Assembly (NCBI GenBank): GCA_965178125.1
Contig: OZ237739.1
Location: 620,001-684,000 of the forward strand
From: Bilabrum cf. latius
Lineage: Eukaryota
DNA: 64,000 nt
Direction of reading: 5' to 3'
Every line of letters begins with the position of its first letter. Position 1 is the first letter of the stretch. The notes under the pieces are model-generated. The model was not told where the DNA came from and did not search any database. It was given only the letters and a program-made list of their open reading frames with translations. This document shows, in pieces, positions 38,652 to 53,600 of the stretch. The position numbers and the translations under genes were made by a program.

Positions 38652-41600
38652 ATGAGTAACAAAGGAATTTGCATCTGCAATATTCTTTATTCGTTGTTTG
38701 CAATAGTTCTTAGCACACACACTGGAGCTTGGGCTAGTTCTTGTGCTCTCAGCGGAGGCCACGTGGTGATAAACAGCTCCTGCTCAATCCCATCAGGTAC
38801 GACTAGCTTGCAGTCGCTAACTGTAGAAGGCGGAGTAGTTGTCTCGCTCAGCCTTCCAGCTAATTTGATAGTTGAGCAGCAGCTAGTGGTAAATGGTACG
38901 CTAAGTGCTGGGACAGGATTCGCGAAATTGATCGTAGTGGCCGATGAGATCCACGTCGGCTCATCTGGTACCATCAGCGCATCTGGTGCAGGGTATGCAT
39001 CCAACACGCGGCATGCCAGCTGCGGCGCTGGTGATTCATACGATGGGGGCGTGCATGGCGGCGGCAGGACGGACCAGACGTGCGGCGACTTCGAGTGGCC
39101 TGTGCTGGCGGGGTCCGGCGGTCGGGTGGGCAGCAGCCCAGGCGGAGCAGGCGGCGGGAGTCTGATGCTGGTGGCCAACGCGACTTCGTCATCGGTGGTG
39201 CGCGTGGACGGCGTGGTGCAGGCGGACGGCCGCAACGGTCTTTCCAACACTGGCCACAACCAGTACGCGGGCGGTGGTGGCGCGGGCGGGTCTGTGCTGG
39301 TGGTGGTGTCTCGGCTGGAGGGGTCGGGCACGATCCGGGCGAATGGCGGGAATGGCGCAAACGGGCACAGTACGCGGGACAGCGGCGGTGGCTCCGGCGG
39401 CCGCGTGGCAGTGCACGTGACTGATAGCGAGCGGACGGACTTCATGGGGTCTGTGCAAGCTCGTGCAGGCCCCAAGTACGGATCGTTCTCGAGGCAGTCT
39501 GCGGCCGGCACAGTGTTCTGGTGCGAGGACGCAGGCAGCGTGACGGACGCAGACACGGAGACGAACCGGTGGGGCTGTGCTGTGCGTCGGCTGGAGGCGG
39601 ACAACAACGGGATGCAGGCCACCGACACACACCACACGCAGCTGGGCCTGCGCGATGGCCAGTCTCGGATCGAGCTGGACCAGGTGCATCTGGGGTCCGG
39701 CGTGCGCCTGTCGGTGCCAGCGCCGTCTGGCTTCCATGCGGTGTCATCTCCCGACGTGCGGTCGAGCCTGGTGGTAGGCAATCTGACGGGGTCCGGCGGC
39801 GCAACGTCTCGCGTGGTGGTGCGGGCCGGCACGACCGTGTCGCTGACTGGTCTGGAGCACGGGCTGCAGGCCATCGGGCGTCGCGGCATGGAGATGTGGA
39901 CGGGCCGCACGAGCGACGTGGAGGAGTCGTGGTGGCAGGAGGAGGTGCGTCGGTCGAGCGTGATGTCGCCGCTGCTGGTGTCGGCGGCGTCTGTGGATGT
40001 GCTGCAGCACGGGCGGCTGGTGACGCCATCGAGCGTGGTGGTGCGTGATGCGAGCCTGGATGTGTCTGGCGAGCTTGTGGGCGTGCGGGGTCTGGTGGTG
40101 GACGAGGGCGGGTCTGTGGGTCTGGGCGCGACGGGCGGCACGTGGTGGAACGACAGCGCGCTGGCATCGGACGAGCTGAGCTCGTGGAGCGACTGGGTGT
40201 GCGGCGTGTCAGTGCCTGGGGCTGTGCACGGTAGCGCATGCGAGTCTGTGTCAACGACTGGAGCATGGACTGGTCGGTACGGCTTCGGGTCTGTGCGTGT
40301 GGAGGGCAGTGGCACGATGAGGCTGGGCAGCGGCGTGCGATCGCTGGCAGCTGTGACGGTGGACCTGACGGACCAGTCGAAGCTCGTTCTGGATGGCGGG
40401 TCCACGTCTCAGGTGTATGTCGAAGTGCGGGATCGACTGGACGTTGGCATTGGAGCCACGCTCGATGCATCTGGTGCAGGGTATGCATCCAACACGCGGC
40501 ATGCCAGCTGCGGCGCTGGTGATTCATACGATGGGGGCGTGCATGGGGGCGGCAGGACGGACCAGACGTGCGGCGACTTCGAGTGGCCTGTGCTGGCGGG
40601 GTCCGGCGGTCGGGTGGGCAGCAGCCCAGGCGGAGCAGGCGGCGGGAGTCTGATGCTGGTGGCCAACGCGACTTCGTCATCGGTGGTGCGCGTGGACGGC
40701 GTGGTGCAGGCGGACGGCCGCAACGGTCTTTCCAACACTGGCCACAACCAGTACGCGGGCGGTGGCGGCGCGGGCGGGTCTGTGCTGGTGGTGGTGTCTC
40801 GGCTGGAGGGGTCGGGCACGATCCGGGCGAATGGCGGGAATGGCGCAAACGGGCACAGTACGCGGGACAGCGGCGGTGGCTCCGGCGGCCGCGTGGCAGT
40901 GCACGTGACTGATAGCGAGCGGACGGACTTCATGGGGTCTGTGCAAGCTCGTGCAGGCCCCAAGTACGGATCGTTCTCGAGGCAGTCTGCGGCCGGCACA
41001 GTGTTCTGGTGCGAGGACGCAGGCAGCGTGACGGACGCAGACACGGAGACGAACCGGTGGGGCTGTGCTGTGCGTCGGCTGGAGGCGGACAACAACGGGA
41101 TGCAGGCCACCGACACACACCACACGCAGCTGGGCCTGCGCGATGGCCAGTCTCGGATCGAGCTGGACCAGGTGCATCTGGGGTCCGGCGTGCGCCTGTC
41201 GGTGCCAGCGCCGTCTGGCTTCCATGCGGTGTCATCTCCCGACGTGCGGTCGAGCCTAGTGGTAGGCAATCTGACGGGGTCCGGCGGCGCAACGTCTCGC
41301 GTGGTGGTGCGGGCCGGCACGACCGTGTCGCTGACGGGCCTGGAGCACGGGCTGCAGGCCATCGGGCGTCGCGGCATGGAGATGTGGACGGGCCGCACGA
41401 GCGACGTGGAGGAGTCGTGGTGGCAGGAGGAGGTGCGTCGGTCGAGCGTGATGTCGCCGCTGCTGGTGTCGGCGGCGTCTGTGGATGTGCTGCAGCACGG
41501 GCGGCTGGTGACGCCATCGAGCGTGGTGGTGCGTGATGCGAGCCTGGATGTGTCTGGCGAGCTTGTGGGCGTGCGGGGTCTGGTGGTGGACGAGGGCGGG

Positions 41601-44600
41601 TCTGTGGGTCTGGGCGCGACGGGCGGCACGTGGTGGAACGACAGCGCGCTGGCATCGGACGAGCTGAGCTCGTGGAGCGACTGGGTGTGCGGCGTGTCAG
41701 TGCCTGGGGCTGTGCACGGTAGCGCGTGCGAGTCTGTGTCAACGACTGGAGCATGGACTGGTCGGTACGGCTTCGGGTCTGTGCGTGTGGAGGGCAGTGG
41801 CACGATGAGGCTGGGCAGCGGCGTGCGATCGCTGGCAGCTGTGACGGTGGACCTGACGGACCAGTCGAAGCTCGTTCTGGATGGCGGGTCCACGTCTCAG
41901 GTGTATGTCGAAGTGCGGGATCGACTGGACGTTGGCATTGGAGCCACGCTCGATGCATCTGGTGCAGGGTATGCATCCAACACGCGGCATGCCAGCTGCG
42001 GCGCTGGTGATTCATACGATGGGGGCGTGCATGGGGGCGGCAGGACGGACCAGACGTGCGGCGACTTCGAATGGCCTGTGCTGGCGGGGTCCGGCGGTCG
42101 GGTGGGCAGCAGCCCAGGCGGAGCAGGCGGCGGGAGTCTGATGCTGGTGGCCAACGCGACTTCGTCATCGGTGGTGCACGTGGACGGCGTGGTGCAGGCG
42201 GACGGCCGCAACGGTCTTTCCAACACTGGCCACAACCAGTACGCGGGCGGTGGTGGCGCGGGCGGGTCTGTGCTGGTGGTGGTGTCTCGGCTGGAGGGGT
42301 CGGGCACGATCCGGGCGAATGGCGGGAATGGCGCAAACGGGCACAGTACGCGGGACAGCGGCGGTGGCTCCGGCGGCCGCGTGGCAGTGCACGTGACTGA
42401 TAGCGAGCGGACGGACTTCATGGGGTCTGTGCAAGCTCGTGCAGGCCCCAAGTACGGATCGTTCTCGAGGCAGTCTGCGGCCGGCACAGTGTTCTGGTGC
42501 GAGGACGCAGGCAGCGTGACGGACGCAGACACGGAGACGAACCGGTGGGGCTGTGCTGTGCGTCGGCTGGAGGCGGACAACAACGGGATGCAGGCCACCG
42601 ACACACACCACACGCAGCTGGGCCTGCGCGATGGCCAGTCTCGGATCGAGCTGGACCAGGTGCATCTGGGGTCCGGCGTGCGCCTGTCGGTGCCAGCGCC
42701 GTCTGGCTTCCATGCGGTGTCATCTCCCGACGTGCGGTCGAGCCTGGTGGTAGGCAATCTGACGGGGTCCGGCGGCGCAACGTCTCGCGTGGTGGTGCGG
42801 GCCGGCACGACCGTGTCGCTGACGGGCCTGGAGCACGGGCTGCAGGCCATCGGGCGTCGCGGCATGGAGATGTGGACGGGCCGCACGAGCGACGTGGAGG
42901 AGTCGTGGTGGCAGGAGGAGGTGCGTCGGTCGAGCGTGATGTCGCCGCTGCTGGTGTCGGCGGCGTCTGTGGATGTGCTGCAGCACGGGCGGCTGGTGAC
43001 GCCATCGAGCGTGGTGGTGCGTGATGCGAGCCTGGATGTGTCTGGCGAGCTTGTGGGCGTGCGGGGTCTGGTGGTGGACGAGGGCGGGTCTGTGGGTCTG
43101 GGCGCGACGGGCGGCACGTGGTGGAACGACAGCGCGCTGGCATCGGACGAGCTGAGCTCGTGGAGCGACTGGGTGTGCGGCGTGTCAGTGCCTGGGGCTG
43201 TGCACGGTAGCGCGTGCGAGTCTGTGTCAACGACTGGAGCATGGACTGGTCGGTACGGCTTCGGGTCTGTGCGTGTGGAGGGCAGTGGCACGATGAGGCT
43301 GGGCAGCGGCGTGCGATCGCTGGCAGCTGTGACGGTGGACCTGACGGACCAGTCGAAGCTCGTTCTGGATGGCGGGTCCACGTCTCAGGTGTATGTCGAA
43401 GTGCGGGATCGACTGGACGTTGGCATTGGAGCCACGCTCGATGCATCTGGTGCAGGGTATGCATCCAACACGCGGCATGCCAGCTGCGGCGCTGGTGATT
43501 CATACGATGGGGGCGTGCATGGCGGCGGCAGGACGGACCAGACGTGCGGCGACTTCGAGTGGCCTGTGCTGGCGGGGTCCGGCGGTCGGGTGGGCAGCAG
43601 CCCAGGCGGAGCAGGCGGCGGGAGTCTGATGCTGGTGGCCAACGCGACTTCGTCATCGGTGGTGCGCGTGGACGGCGTGGTGCAGGCGGACGGCCGCAAC
43701 GGTCTTTCCAACACTGGCCACAACCAGTACGCGGGCGGTGGTGGCGCGGGCGGGTCTGTGCTGGTGGTGGTGTCTCGGCTGGAGGGGTCAGGCACGATCC
43801 GGGCGAACGGTGGGAATGGCGCAGATGGGCACAGTACGCGGGACAGCGGCGGTGGCTCCGGCGGCCGCGTGGCAGTGCACGTGACTGATAGCGAGCGGAC
43901 GGACTTCATGGGGTCTGTACAAGCTCGTGCAGGCCCCAAGTACGGATCGTTCTCGAGGCAGTCTGCGGCCGGCACAGTGTTCTGGTGCGAGGACGCAGGC
44001 AGCGTGACGGACGCAGACACGGAGACGAACCGGTGGGGCTGTGCTGTGCGTCGGCTGGAGGCGGACAACAACGGGATGCAGGCCACCGACACACACCACA
44101 CGCAGCTGGGCCTGCGCGATGGCCAGTCTCGGATCGAGCTGGACCAGGTGCATCTGGGGTCCGGCGTGCGCCTGTCGGTGCCAGCGCCGTCTGGCTTCCA
44201 TGCGGTGTCATCTCCCGACGTGCGGTCGAGCCTGGTGGTAGGCAATCTGACGGGGTCCGGCGGCGCAACGTCTCGCGTGGTGGTGCGGGCCGGCACGACC
44301 GTGTCGCTGACGGGCCTGGAGCACGGGCTGCAGGCCATCGGGCGTCGCGGCATGGAGATGTGGACGGGCCGCACGAGCGACGTGGAGGAGTCGTGGTGGC
44401 AGGAGGAGGTGCGTCGGTCGAGCGTGATGTCGCCGCTGCTGGTGTCGGCGGCGTCTGTGGATGTGCTGCAGCACGGGCGGCTGGTGACGCCATCGAGCGT
44501 GGTGGTGCGTGATGCGAGCCTGGATGTGTCTGGCGAGCTTGTGGGCGTGCGGGGTCTGGTGGTGGACGAGGGCGGGTCTGTGGGTCTGGGCGCGACGGGC

Positions 44601-47600
44601 GGCACGTGGTGGAACGACAGCGCGCTGGCATCGGACGAGCTGAGCTCGTGGAGCGACTGGGTGTGCGGCGTGTCAGTGCCTGGGGCTGTGCACGGTAGCG
44701 CGTGCGAGTCTGTGTCAACGACTGGAGCATGGACTGGTCGGTACGGCTTCGGGTCTGTGCGTGTGGAGGGCAGTGGCACGATGAGGCTGGGCAGCGGCGT
44801 GCGATCGCTGGCAGCTGTGACGGTGGACCTGACGGACCAGTCGAAGCTCGTTCTGGATGGCGGGTCCACGTCTCAGGTGTATGTCGAAGTGCGGGATCGA
44901 CTGGACGTTGGCATTGGAGCCACGCTCGATGCATCTGGTGCAGGGTATGCATCCAACACGCGGCATGCCAGCTGCGGCGCTGGTGATTCATACGATGGGG
45001 GCGTGCATGGGGGCGGCAGGACGGACCAGACGTGCGGCGACTTCGAGTGGCCTGTGCTGGCGGGGTCCGGCGGTCGGGTGGGCAGCAGCCCAGGCGGAGC
45101 AGGCGGCGGGAGTCTGATGCTGGTGGCCAACGCGACTTCGTCATCGGTGGTGCGCGTGGACGGCGTGGTGCAGGCGGACGGCCGCAACGGTCTTTCCAAC
45201 ACTGGCCACAACAAGTACGCGGGCGGTGGTGGCGCGGGCGGGTCTGTGCTGGTGGTGGTGTCTCGGCTGGAGGGGTCAGGCACGATCCGGGCGAACGGTG
45301 GGAATGGCGCAGATGGGCACAGTACGCGGGACAGCGGCGGTGGCTCCGGCGGCCGCGTGGCAGTGCACGTGACTGATAGCGAGCGGACGGACTTCATGGG
45401 GTCTGTACAAGCTCGTGCAGGCCCCAAGTACGGATCGTTCTCGAGGCAGTCTGCGGCCGGCACAGTGTTCTGGTGCGAGGACGCAGGCAGCGTGACGGAC
45501 GCAGACACGGAGACGAACCGGTGGGGCTGTGCTGTGCGTCGGCTGGAGGCGGACAACAACGGGATGCAGGCCACCGACACACACCACACGCAGCTGGGCC
45601 TGCGCGATGGCCAGTCTCGGATCGAGCTGGACCAGGTGCATCTGGGGTCCGGCGTGCGCCTGTCGGTGCCAGCGCCGTCTGGCTTCCATGCGGTGTCATC
45701 TCCCGACGTGCGGTCGAGCCTGGTGGTAGGCAATCTGACGGGGTCCGGCGGCGCAACGTCTCGCGTGGTGGTGCGGGCCGGCACGACCGTGTCGCTGACG
45801 GGCCTGGAGCACGGACTGCAGGCCATCGGGCGTCGCGGCATGGAGATGTGGACGGGCCGCACGAGCGACGTGGAGGAGTCGTGGTGGCAGGAGGAGGTGC
45901 GTCGGTCGAGCGTGATGTCGCCGCTGCTGGTGTCGGCGGCGTCTGTGGATGTGCTGCAGCACGGGCGGCTGGTGACGCCATCGAGCGTGGTGGTGCGTGA
46001 TGCGAGCCTGGATGTGTCTGGCGAGCTTGTGGGCGTGCGGGGTCTGGTGGTGGACGAGGGCGGGTCTGTGGGTCTGGGCGCGACGGGCGGCACGTGGTGG
46101 AACGACAGCGCGCTGGCATCGGACGAGCTGAGCTCGTGGAGCGACTGGGTGTGCGGCGTGTCAGTGCCTGGGGCTGTGCACGGTAGCGCGTGCGAGTCTG
46201 TGTCAACGACTGGAGCATGGACTGGTCGGTACGGCTTCGGGTCTGTGCGTGTGGAGGGCAGTGGCACGATGAGGCTGGGCAGCGGCGTGCGATCGCTGGC
46301 AGCTGTGACGGTGGACCTGACGGACCAGTCGAAGCTCGTTCTGGATGGCGGGTCCACGTCTCAGGTGTATGTCGAAGTGCGGGATCGACTGGACGTTGGC
46401 ATTGGAGCCACGCTCGATGCATCTGGTGCAGGGTATGCATCCAACACGCGGCATGCCAGCTGCGGCGCTGGTGATTCATACGATGGGGGCGTGCATGGGG
46501 GCGGCAGGACGGACCAGACGTGCGGCGACTTCGAGTGGCCTGTGCTGGCGGGGTCCGGCGGTCGGGTGGGCAGCAGCCCAGGCGGAGCAGGCGGCGGGAG
46601 TCTGATGCTGGTGGCCAACGCGACTTCGTCATCGGTGGTGCGCGTGGACGGCGTGGTGCAGGCGGACGGCCGCAACGGTCTTTCCAACACTGGCCACAAC
46701 AAGTACGCGGGCGGTGGTGGCGCGGGCGGGTCTGTGCTGGTGGTGGTGTCTCGGCTGGAGGGGTCAGGCACGATCCGGGCGAACGGTGGGAATGGCGCAG
46801 ATGGGCACAGTACGCGGGACAGCGGCGGTGGCTCCGGCGGCCGCGTGGCAGTGCACGTGACTGATAGCGAGCGGACGGACTTCATGGGGTCTGTACAAGC
46901 TCGTGCAGGCCCCAAGTACGGATCGTTCTCGAGGCAGTCTGCGGCCGGCACAGTGTTCTGGTGCGAGGACGCAGGCAGCGTGACGGACGCAGACACGGAG
47001 ACGAACCGGTGGGGCTGTGCTGTGCGTCGGCTGGAGGCGGACAACAACGGGATGCAGGCCACCGACACACACCACACGCAGCTGGGCCTGCGCGATGGCC
47101 AGTCTCGGATCGAGCTGGACCAGGTGCATCTGGGGTCCGGCGTGCGCCTGTCGGTGCCAGCGCCGTCTGGCTTCCATGCGGTGTCATCTCCCGACGTGCG
47201 GTCGAGCCTGGTGGTAGGCAATCTGACGGGGTCCGGCGGCGCAACGTCTCGCGTGGTGGTGCGGGCCGGCACGACCGTGTCGCTGACGGGCCTGGAGCAC
47301 GGACTGCAGGCCATCGGGCGTCGCGGCATGGAGATGTGGACGGGCCGCACGAGCGACGTGGAGGAGTCGTGGTGGCAGGAGGAGGTGCGTCGGTCGAGCG
47401 TGATGTCGCCGCTGCTGGTGTCGGCGGCGTCTGTGGATGTGCTGCAGCACGGGCGGCTGGTGACGCCATCGAGCGTGGTGGTGCGTGATGCGAGCCTGGA
47501 TGTGTCTGGCGAGCTTGTGGGCGTGCGGGGTCTGGTGGTGGACGAGGGCGGGTCTGTGGGTCTGGGCGCGACGGGCGGCACGTGGTGGAACGACAGCGCG

Positions 47601-50600
47601 CTGGCATCGGACGAGCTGAGCTCGTGGAGCGACTGGGTGTGCGGCGTGTCAGTGCCTGGGGCTGTGCACGGTAGCGCGTGCGAGTCTGTGTCAACGACTG
47701 GAGCATGGACTGGTCGGTACGGCTTCGGGTCTGTGCGTGTGGAGGGCAGTGGCACGATGAGGCTGGGCAGCGGCGTGCGATCGCTGGCAGCTGTGACGGT
47801 GGACCTGACGGACCAGTCGAAGCTCGTTCTGGATGGCGGGTCCACGTCTCAGGTGTATGTCGAAGTGCGGGATCGACTGGACGTTGGCATTGGAGCCACG
47901 CTCGATGCATCTGGTGCAGGGTATGCATCCAACACGCGGCATGCCAGCTGCGGCGCTGGTGATTCATACGATGGGGGCGTGCATGGGGGCGGCAGGACGG
48001 ACCAGACGTGCGGCGACTTCGAATGGCCTGTGCTGGCGGGGTCCGGCGGTCGGGTGGGCAGCAGCCCAGGCGGAGCAGGCGGCGGGAGTCTGATGCTGGT
48101 GGCCAACGCGACTTCGTCATCGGTGGTGCGCGTGGACGGCGTGGTGCAGGCGGACGGCCGCAACGGTCTTTCCAACACTGGCCACAACCGGTACGCGGGC
48201 GGTGGTGGCGCGGGCGGGTCTGTGCTGGTGGTGGTGTCTCGGCTGGAGGGGTCGGGCACGATCCGGGCGAACGGTGGGAATGGCGCAGATGGGCACAGTA
48301 CGCGGGACTCTTTCCCAGGTAGCGGCGGCCGTGTAGCTCTGTATGCTGGATACGATGCATTCGACGGAGTAGCAACAACATGCAGCGGTGCCCCCCTAAC
48401 AAGCAGTAAATTGGGGTCTCCAGGCACTGTGTTTGAGTGCGTTGGCATGGATTGTGGCCATCGCATTGGCAACGCGTCAGAGTCCAGATCTGCCGTCGTA
48501 TCTGTGCGAGTCGACAATTGCGATCATAGCAACAGGTATCCAGCGACTGTTGGAACCGGCTAGTCGCCTGTCGTTTCTGCGAGCAGATTAGAGCTGGTTC
48601 GCGAGGGTGCAGTGGCAGTGCGACGAACACGAGATTCGTCGGCCATTCCTTTCACCGAGCTGAAGGTTGGGGGGATCGAGGGCGATGGGACAGGACTTGT
48701 TCGCGTGTATTCTGGGACTCGGATCGTTCTCATTGGGACGGATGCTGGCTGGGCACCAGACGCAGCGTCCACATAGGTCCAGTTCGTGGACGCTGGCAAG
48801 CGCAGGCTCATCACCACCCAGGACGTGCTGACTGCCTCAGGCGAGCTGTACCACGCTGATGTGACTGTTGATGCTGGCGGGTCGCTGTACCTACCACCCA
48901 CGACTGCGATCTGCAACATATCCGTGAGCGTGCAAGGCGCTGTGTATGGCGCCGAGACTCTGCACGTGTGCTAGAACGCCCGGACATCTGCGTCGATCTC
49001 GACGACCGGATGCAAGGACCCGAGCGCGACCAACTTCAACCTTGGCGCCCTGTTTGGAGACAATTCGACGTGCTACTACGGGGGCCAGCGTGGGTGCACA
49101 TACAGCGTGGCATCGAACTACGACAGCATGGCTGAGGTGAACGACGGCTCGTGCGTGCTGCCGGCTGGACTGCACCTTGGTTGCTCGTACCGGTCAGCCA
49201 CGAACCATGACGGAGACGATCGGCTTGACGATGGGAGCTGTGAGTTCCCCAATTTCAGTCAGCTCGAGCAAGAGATCGATTACTTGAATAGCAGACTCGC
49301 GCCGCTGAGGAGCCAGCTGAACCAAAGCATGACTGAACGAGATGCCGCTCGGGTCGAGCTCGCTGGGTGCCGTGCGGATGCTGCGGCCGTGTAGGCCACC
49401 ATGCAGTCCACGATCGACGGCTTGATGTCCACTGTGGCTGCACTGAATGCCAGCTGCGGCCCTGGTGCACATCGTGTCGCAGCCCGACTCGCAGCGGCAG
49501 AGGCAAGGGTGGCTGAGCTGGAGGGTGAGCTCGCAGCTCTGAATAGGACGCTAGTCTCAACTGAAGGAGACCTTGCTGCCGCCGTGGCGAACTCGTCTGC
49601 TGCTGTTGCCGGTATGCAGTAGGCAATAGAGCACGTGAATCGTCTGAACTAGACTGCAGCCAGCCAGGCAGCCGTGATCAGAGAGATGCAGTCCAACGCG
49701 TCCAATCTGGCAGACTAGAACAGGCAGCTTCAGGCGGAATTGGATGCTGCTGAGGCAAGAGCTACCGATGCCGAGGCCAGAGCGAACACAGCTGATGCGC
49801 TCGCAGCGCAGCGCCAGACCATGATCACGAATCTGGAGGAGCGTATCCATCGACTTGAGGCAGCAGCGAATGCATCTGAGGGCGGTTCGGGCGTCGAGCC
49901 TGACGGGTCCGGGTCTGGCAGCAGCGGCGGTGGCCAGCAAGAGCAGCAGTGCAACTGCTCGCAGCAGGCCGTACCCACACCAAGCGCAGGCCCGACTGCC
50001 CCGGCATGCAATGCATCGTCCGACGGTGGATCCAACGAAGGATCTGGGTCAGGGTCAGGGTCAGGGTCAGGATCCGCCGGTGGATCATCGGAGGGCGCGA
50101 ACGGCAATGCCACCCAGTGCTCTTCGCTGGCGGTCTGTTAGGATGACGTCGACTGCAGCCAGGGCGACCTGTGCTGGGGCGGCCTGTGCTCCCCGGCTAC
50201 AACATGCGCGAATGAGGCTTGTAGCGACCAGGTACAGCTGCCCATGTCCAGCTTGACGGTGCAGGACGTTGCTGTGGAAGTAGAGGGTGGTAGTGGAAGC
50301 GGCGTAACATTCACCACAGTATGCGGATGCGCTTCCGGTCTGACCTACCGTCTGCTGCTGTTGCCCGCTGGGGGCATGCGCGGAAGCGATCTGGTGGTGG
50401 AGCGTCGGTATGGCAGCATGCTTGGGCCGGCGCTGTCCTCGGTATCAGCAAGCAGTGCAGGCGGCGCATCAACGAGCGAGTGCGATGTGAGTCCGTAGGG
50501 CGACCTCGTGTGTGACGTGCCTGCGATGCTGGAAGGCAGGTACGTGGCGGTGCCTCAGGTGCTGGTTCGGTTCGGAGGCGCCACATCATCGTTCACGTGG

Positions 50601-53600
50601 CGCTCGATCCCAGCCGTGGATGGGGCTCCGGCGGCTCGGGTGTATGTGGTGAGGTATCAGACAGGTGTGGCGCGTAGCTTGCGCGTGCGTTCTCAGCCCG
50701 CAGCAGGAATGGAGGGCCGTGCGCTGGGTGTGCAGCCTGTGGTGGAGCTGCTGGACGCTAGGGGCGTGCGTTGCGTGTCCGACAGCAGCACCGTGGTGCA
50801 CGTACTTGTGGCGCAGCGGGCGTCTGGCTCGTCCAAGGTGATCGATGCGCCGATCGGGGTGGGCGTGCGGCAGGCCGGGGCGCTGGACTCTGACCCTGTT
50901 GGCGCCCTGCCAGGTGCCGTGGCGGTTCGTGCTAATCGCGGCGTGGCGGTGTTCCGTGACGTGGTGGTGACGGGTGCTGCAGACAGCGTGGTGTTCGTGT
51001 TCGCGAGCGGCCCGATGCGCGTGAACTCCATGCCGTTCAGCGTGCTTGTGCCGCCGAGCAGCGGCGGAAGTGGATCTGACGGCAGTGGGTCTGGCTCGGG
51101 ATCCGGAGACGGGACCGACGATGCCGGGCAAGATCCTGTGTGCACGCTGTTTGACTCTGCTGGATCGTGCTGCGCGGCTGGGTCGGATGGTGCGGCTCCC
51201 GTGCTGGACGAGTGCGGTGTGTGCAACGGTGACGGGTCTTCGTGTGCTCTGTCGGTATAGCTGGGGCTTAGCGTGGGTGCAACAGTGTGCGAGCAGGCTC
51301 GTCAGTCTGCGTCTGGCTCGCCGAATGCCCGAGGGGATGCATTCCTGTCCGGGTATGTGTCAGACTTGGCGACAGCCCTTGGAGTATCTCCTGCTGACGT
51401 GGAAGTGGTGGGAGTGGACTGCAGCACGCCTGGTCTTGCGGTGGTGCGCACCGAAGTGAACCCGGAGGCTGTCAAGGCCGTGTTGCAGCCCGGCAGCGTC
51501 CCTGCCTCTGCCGGAAACACAACCTCACCAGGCACTGGCACGCCAGAAGGGTCTTCGGGGAGCAATGACGATGGGTCTAGCGGAGGAAGCACTGGTTCAG
51601 ACGACGACGAGCCTAGTAACGGGATCCCTTCACTTGCTCTGCTCGTTGAGGAGGCCATGGCAGGCCAGCTGTCAGATCCTGACAGCCCCCTTCGCTCCGG
51701 CAATACCACGGGCTCCGTGGATCCCTTCCAGAATGTCGAGGTCGCTCGTGATGGTGTCTGCGGCAACGATGTGTGCGAGGTGGGCGAGTCGCCGAACACG
51801 TGCCCCAGCGACTGTGTGGTGGACGAGGAGACTTCCGCCGGGTCTGTGCCTCCGCCTGCACGGGCTGTGAATGAGACGCAGCAAGGACTTGCGGATGCAT
51901 GCGAAGACGTTTTGGATGTTCGTGAGGATGAGCAGCTTAGGATCCAGCCTGGCGATGCTGGATCCAGCGGCGCGGCGGCATTCAACTGGGTGCTTACATC
52001 GACTGGTCTAGCAGCAGGCCTTGGTCAAATTGCCACGCAGCTGCATGGTGCAGTGGTGGGCGGCGCAGCTGCATCCATTCTTGCCGGGTCACCCGTCGGC
52101 ATTTTCGACGTGCTGTCCCAGGCGCAGATGATGGCCACGATGGGCATGCTGCGAACCAATGCTCCCGAAGTCATCACTAAGTCCGCGTCGTCCATGATGT
52201 CGATGGCAGGCGCGCTTCCACTCGGTTCCATCGTGAAACAGCTCAACGATGCGGTGGGGGCCGTGGACGAGGGCAGTGACAGGACCTACTTCCACGGCTC
52301 GCCTGCCCTGGCCAATGCCACGCTGACCGACAACGTGATGTACGATGCGCCGTTCGTGGTGCAAGACGAGGCCTGTGGTGACGATGCACCAGCATGGGCA
52401 GCAACAGGACTGGCTTATCCTATCCGTCTGCACCCTCGTGCGTTGCTTGCACTTCTGCTGATTGTGCTGGTGCTGTTGCAGGTGATTGTGGGTGTATTCT
52501 TTGGGGGGATGCGAGCATGGCTGGAGTGTGTGACGATCCCGGGCATGCAGAACAGGGAACAAAAGGTGAACGGCGGTCGCGGCGCATCGATTGCCTCGTC
52601 ATCTGCATCAGCCGAGACAAAGAGCATGAACCCGCTCAACCAAGGAGCTGCTGCCCCCGTATTCAGCCACCGCAATCCAGCAGCCAGGTCACCTGAAGAA
52701 AGCAAGCAGCATGCGGGACAGCCCGAACAGGGAGCCAGAGAGGGCGGCAGCAGTAGCAGCGCAAGCAAGGAGAAGGCCTCGGTAGACGAGCTGCGGCAAG
52801 CCCTCACGGCCATGTGGCTGCGTGCTGCCATCGGTGTCATCGTCCTGCTCGCCCTCGCCCTCTCCGTGGCAGCCGTCTTCGAGGCTGGAGGCGGTCCGTG
52901 CGAGGCGGGCGGGATGGCGGCGGCCGGCTACTTGTGGCTGCTGGCCGCCATTGTGGGTGCTGCTGCCGCTGTGGTGTATGCGGTGTTCGGGTCTGGCGGT
53001 TGGCTCCCATCGTGCGGGTGCTGCGGGTGCTCTGGCGCCGATGCGAACCGCAGCGCGTTCATGGTGAAGCTGGACGATACAGTGGCTCGATCCAGGCTGC
53101 TGTATGCCGTGCTGGGCGTGGACCGTGTGCTGACAGCAGTGGTGCTGGTGTTGATGCAGTCGGCGCCAGCACTGCAGCTGGGTGTGCTGCTGCTGAAGCA
53201 AGGCGCGCTTGTGAGCGTGCTGCTGGTGATGCCGAGCGCGCAGGGCCACGCAGCATTTGTGGCAGCGGAGTGCGGGCGGGCACTGCTGCTTGCGCTGATG
53301 CTGGGCTTCGTGCCAGGCGCTGGCGTGACGGACGCAGACACAGTGGAGGCCCTTGGATGGGTGGTATTCATCGTGCACGTGGTGATCATGCTGGCACTGC
53401 TGGCTGCGATCGCGCATTCGCTGTGCGTGGCATGCGGCGTCCTGGGAGCATCGGAGGATGAGGCCAGGGCTCGGAACCGCAAGCTGGCAGGTATGGCTGG
53501 CAAGCAGACGGCCAGTGGCGCAGAGGATGGGTCCGCAGGCCGTGGTGTGGGCGACGAGGGCGAGAGCAAGCTGCTCGGCTCCAGCGAGGAAATTACCGAT

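Noticed and set aside
38687-48630. Long antisense and alternative-frame ORFs (412-582 aa) in the 1,488-bp array
   Set aside because: Shadow ORFs of a GC-rich coding repeat with Pro/Arg/Thr-biased composition and no motifs.
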